Below are positions 60,872 to 64,000 of a stretch of 64,000 nt of DNA, in pieces; the stretch's first letter is position 1, and the number at the start of each line of letters is the position of its first letter. Source of the DNA: an uncultured delta proteobacterium (lineage in GTDB: Bacteria; Desulfobacterota; RBG-13-43-22); contig CAWJJC010000017.1 of assembly GCA_963843145.1 (NCBI GenBank), positions 64,001 through 128,000 on the forward strand, read 5' to 3'. Position numbers and translations under genes: made by a program. The notes below the pieces were generated by a model that saw nothing but the letters and a program-made list of their open reading frames with translations, made no database searches and was not told the DNA's origin.

Positions 60872-61303
60872 TTATCGGGTTAATTTGGTAAAGTGTGAAT
60901 AAACTTGTTGATTGAACGTGACAAACTTGTGGGCTAGAAAATTAAGAACCAGCATAATTCCGGTAGTAATGATGCGGGCCGGCATAGGCCACAGCTTTCC
61001 CCACTCAACCAGGACAGCCATCAACACGACGGAACACAATAGAGCGAGCGCGCAAATGAGAGAATATACGCCGATCTGAGCGATGATTTGCTGGGTTTGG
61101 TCCTTAAAGGTAATGAATTTGTTCAGCAGATAATTAATCATCGCCCCCAAAGAGAAAGAGAGCATGACCGCGAGCAGATAAGGAAAGCCTCCCAACACAT
61201 TCAAAGAATAAAAAGAGAGCCAGTCGATCCCGGTGGCTGTTCCTCCCATGACCACGTAGATTGCAAATTGTCGAGATGTCGATTTCTTAAGAAGTAACTT
61301 CAT
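60872..61303 (-). CDS. GtrA family flippase
   Basis: 143 aa, four TM; NYLLNKFITF and NFLAHKFVTF motifs. Confidence 0.88.
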   Translation of the reverse strand: MKLLLKKSTSRQFAIYVVMGGTATGIDWLSFYSLNVLGGFPYLLAVMLSFSLGAMINYLLNKFITFKDQTQQIIAQIGVYSLICALALLCSVVLMAVLVEWGKLWPMPARIITTGIMLVLNFLAHKFVTFNQQVYSHFTKLTR

Positions 61304-61307
61304 ACCG

Positions 61308-61568
61308 TTAGGACAAAAGTCTCCAATAAACCATCTGGGAATTTTTGATCCCTCTCTTAAGATAGTTCCACCCGGCGGGATCCCCCAGGATCTTCCTTTT
61401 GACTCTCCCCTTGCACCGGTCCCAGTAAAAAGAGATCAGCGGAAGGACAAACCAACCCCAAGTACCCATAAAAGCCCGATGGCCAAAAGAGGTCCCATAA
61501 TACCACAAAGGCCAACCGGCCGCGACATATAAATAGAGCAACCGGCCGATCACGATCGGCCGGCTCAA
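61308..61568 (-). pseudogene. fragment of a membrane glycosyltransferase-like gene
   Basis: LYLYVAAGWPLWYYGTSFGHRAFM..W.WFVLPL resembles W..WwgG.sfG.R loops of GT-C-like proteins; no full-length frame. Confidence 0.4.
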
Positions 61569-61612
61569 AGACCAGAGCGGCTGGGATAATGATAAGGATT
61601 AGCTGCCGGCGG

Positions 61613-63725
61613 TCAGGGGGTCGTCTTCCTAATCAACGGAAACCAAAATCCATAGGCCCGAATCACCTCGGCTGAACGGCTGAAGGGCCCCAGGACGCTT
61701 CCGGAAATTTGGACGGTGTTGGTCTGAGGGGTCAGCCAGGGGAAGCCCGGATTGGGAGCGGCGGCATAGGTTACCCGCACTTCTCCCGAGACCGGGACCG
61801 CACCCGACCAGGATATCTTCCCCCCCGCAAAGGTCGGCGGCAACCCCGAGGTAGCCGCCAGAGTTCCAGGGAAAACGGTCAGAGTCGAAGGAGGGGTATC
61901 TTCCAGCAAAGCCAGGGCGTCTTTGTTTCCGGTGTTTTGAAGCCGGATGGTATAGAAAAGCGTTTGATCTCCTTGAAAAAGCCGAGGAGAGGCGTATTTG
62001 TAGGAGGAGACCAGGACCGGGGCCGGTGAGGTCAGGACCGTGGTAAAAGTCTGTCCCCATTCTTCGTACCCGTAGGGTTCCTGGTTACCGATTCGATCCC
62101 GGGCCCGGACCCGAAAAAAATAGGTCTGTCCATGACCGCCGCTAAAAGAAGCGGAAGTCTGAGTGGTATTCAGAAGAAAATCCCTCCAGCCCCCTTCATA
62201 GCCCTCGCGGACCTGGACATCATAAGAGCCAATGCCGCTCACGTCATCCGTCCCCGACCAGGATAGGGAAAACGGGCTAGCGGACACTGTGGGCAGAGCG
62301 GTCATTTGGGATTGGGGAGCGTTATGATCAAGCGCCTTGAGGGCCTTATCCACCTGGATTCGGGATTTGGTCAAACCGTTACGGGGATCTTTAATCGGGA
62401 CCCCAGAGTCCTGAAGGGCCGCCAGGATCTGATCGACGGTGGCCTGGGGGGCCGCCTGTTTAAGGATGGCCCAGGTTCCGGAAACATGCGGGGCGGCCAG
62501 AGAGGTCCCGCTGTAGCCCAGGACCCAGCCGCCTCCAATCGTGGTCGAAAAAACATCCGCCCCGGGGGCCAGGAGGGAGAGGTATTCGGCGCTGTTGGAA
62601 AAATCGGCTATCTGATCGCCCTTGGTGGTGCCCCCCACACTAATAGCCGAAGAAATACAGGCGGGATAGGATAGTTGTTGAGAGTCCCCATTGTTCCCGG
62701 AAGGGACAACCGAAGCAATATCGATCGACCTCAGCAGATCAAACATAAATTTCGTAGAGGGATTGTCCGCATCACAGAAGGCCTGGTTAGGGTAAAGGCC
62801 ACCGCGAACGCTGATATTGACAGCGGCAATATTGTAGGCCCCCCTTAATCCATATACATAGTCGAGTGCTGCGATCTGATCGGATTTATAAGATTCGATC
62901 CCATTGGCCGTCTGGGAGAATATCTGGACCGGCAGGAGGCTGGCTCCTTTGGCCACCCCGTTATTGGAAGGATCCGCCGCTGTTGGCCGCGACGATGCCG
63001 GCAATATAGGTCCCGTGATCGCAGAGAGCCGTGGAAGAACAATTGACGCCGGCCGGTGAGTTACAGGAATTGGAAAAGCAGGCCCCGCCCACGAGCCTCC
63101 CGGAGAAGTAGGGATTGCTAAAATCTACCCCGGTGTCCAGCACGGCTACGGTCCAGCCGCGGCCGTCCAACCCCAGCGACCAGGCCGGAGGGACCCCGAT
63201 CAAGGGGATCGTTTCATTCAAGGCTGGTTGGCTTAAACTGTCCTCCTCGATATCGGCGATCAGGGGATGGTTTTCCAGTAAGGCCAGGGCCCGGTGGTCC
63301 AGTTCCAGGGCCAGGAAGGGGATATAGTTAAATCTTCTTAACTCCCGAACAAGTTGTCCCCCCAGGTCATTCAAGATCTGATCCTGCCGGCGGGCGATGT
63401 CCGCCCGCTGTTCCGCAACCTCTTTTTCCCCGGACAAACGGCCTTCCGCCACGGAGTTGCTCTTGAGCCGGACAATAGCCCTGACCGTCCCTTTATTTTG
63501 CGCCTGATCGAGAAGTTTCGAAAAGCGGTGGGCCTTGGGTGGGATCGCCGTCGGGGCCGAGGAAATTGTCCCGGACAAATCCAACGCGTATCCGGGGGTT
63601 GAAACCCAGAAGGCAAAACCCGCCAATAAGACAATCCAGAGGAAGATCTCCGGACACCAGCGGAAATTCCGATTCCGGCTTTTTAACCCGGAATCCGATA
63701 ATTCTTTTTTGTTCTTTTTCTCCAT
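61613..63725 (-). CDS. secreted S8 (subtilisin-like) serine protease with prodomain, Fn3-like and DUF11-like domains (indel near 62970)
   Basis: Triad VAVLDTG / HGTYIAG / SGTSLAAPHV, oxyanion SGN; signal peptide; two ORF pieces. Confidence 0.88.
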
Positions 63726-63847
63726 TGCCCCCCTCGTTAAACAGAATATCTAAGTCCCCATTTGATGATTCCCTACCCCTAACGACTTGAGTATCGGGGA
63801 TATGGGTAATGAAACCGGCGTCTAGTGCTTTCAACCGGCAAACCAAA

Positions 63848-64000
63848 TCAATCACCTGTTTTAGCCCCCAGCACTTCCAATTCATAGATCGACCACCAGT
63901 AAACCGAGTCTGTCCCGGTTTGAACCAACTTGAGATGCCGGATCGCCTGTGGAGGAAAGCGATAATTGTTCCTTTTAATTACCCGGCCTTGACACCAGGC
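63848..64000 (-). CDS. C-terminus of a discoidin/F5-8 type C (CBM32-like) domain protein, runs off window
   Basis: Translates AWCQGRVIKRNNYRFPPQAIRHLKLVQTGTDSVYWWSIYELEVLGAKTGD*. Confidence 0.65.
   Translation of the reverse strand, partial: AWCQGRVIKRNNYRFPPQAIRHLKLVQTGTDSVYWWSIYELEVLGAKTGD

Overview
Chromosomal window from a bacterium of roughly 55% GC (estimated by eye). Gene content and repeats suggest Desulfobacterota/deltaproteobacteria (inference). The left and middle hold housekeeping genes (hbd, dnaE, guaA/guaB, ppx, rlmI, tRNA-Val/tRNA-Asp, gap, glnS, miaB, nadK, ntrY/ntrX-like pair, lpxC, mltA) and a VapBC module. Two cell-envelope glycan regions stand out. The first (22.6-31.1 kb) has two GDP-mannose dehydratases, GT2/GT4 genes and an exported DUF1573 protein whose in-frame UGA looks like selenocysteine. 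The second (45.2-61.6 kb) has two convergent lipid-carrier glycosylation modules, each ending in a YfhO-type GT-C. One has a YdjC deacetylase; the other is fed by a transaldolase plus GmhA/HddA/GmhB/HddC plus redox enzymes, i.e. an NDP-heptose or NDP-octose pathway. Intergenic DNA is dense with nested heptamer/REP/MITE repeats and also holds a 28-bp perfect inverted-repeat element, a sigma54 promoter for lpxC and a riboswitch/attenuator-like leader. Many frameshifts (dnaE, vapC, PHP, chbG-like, yfhO, S8 protease) look like long-read indel errors, not true pseudogenes.
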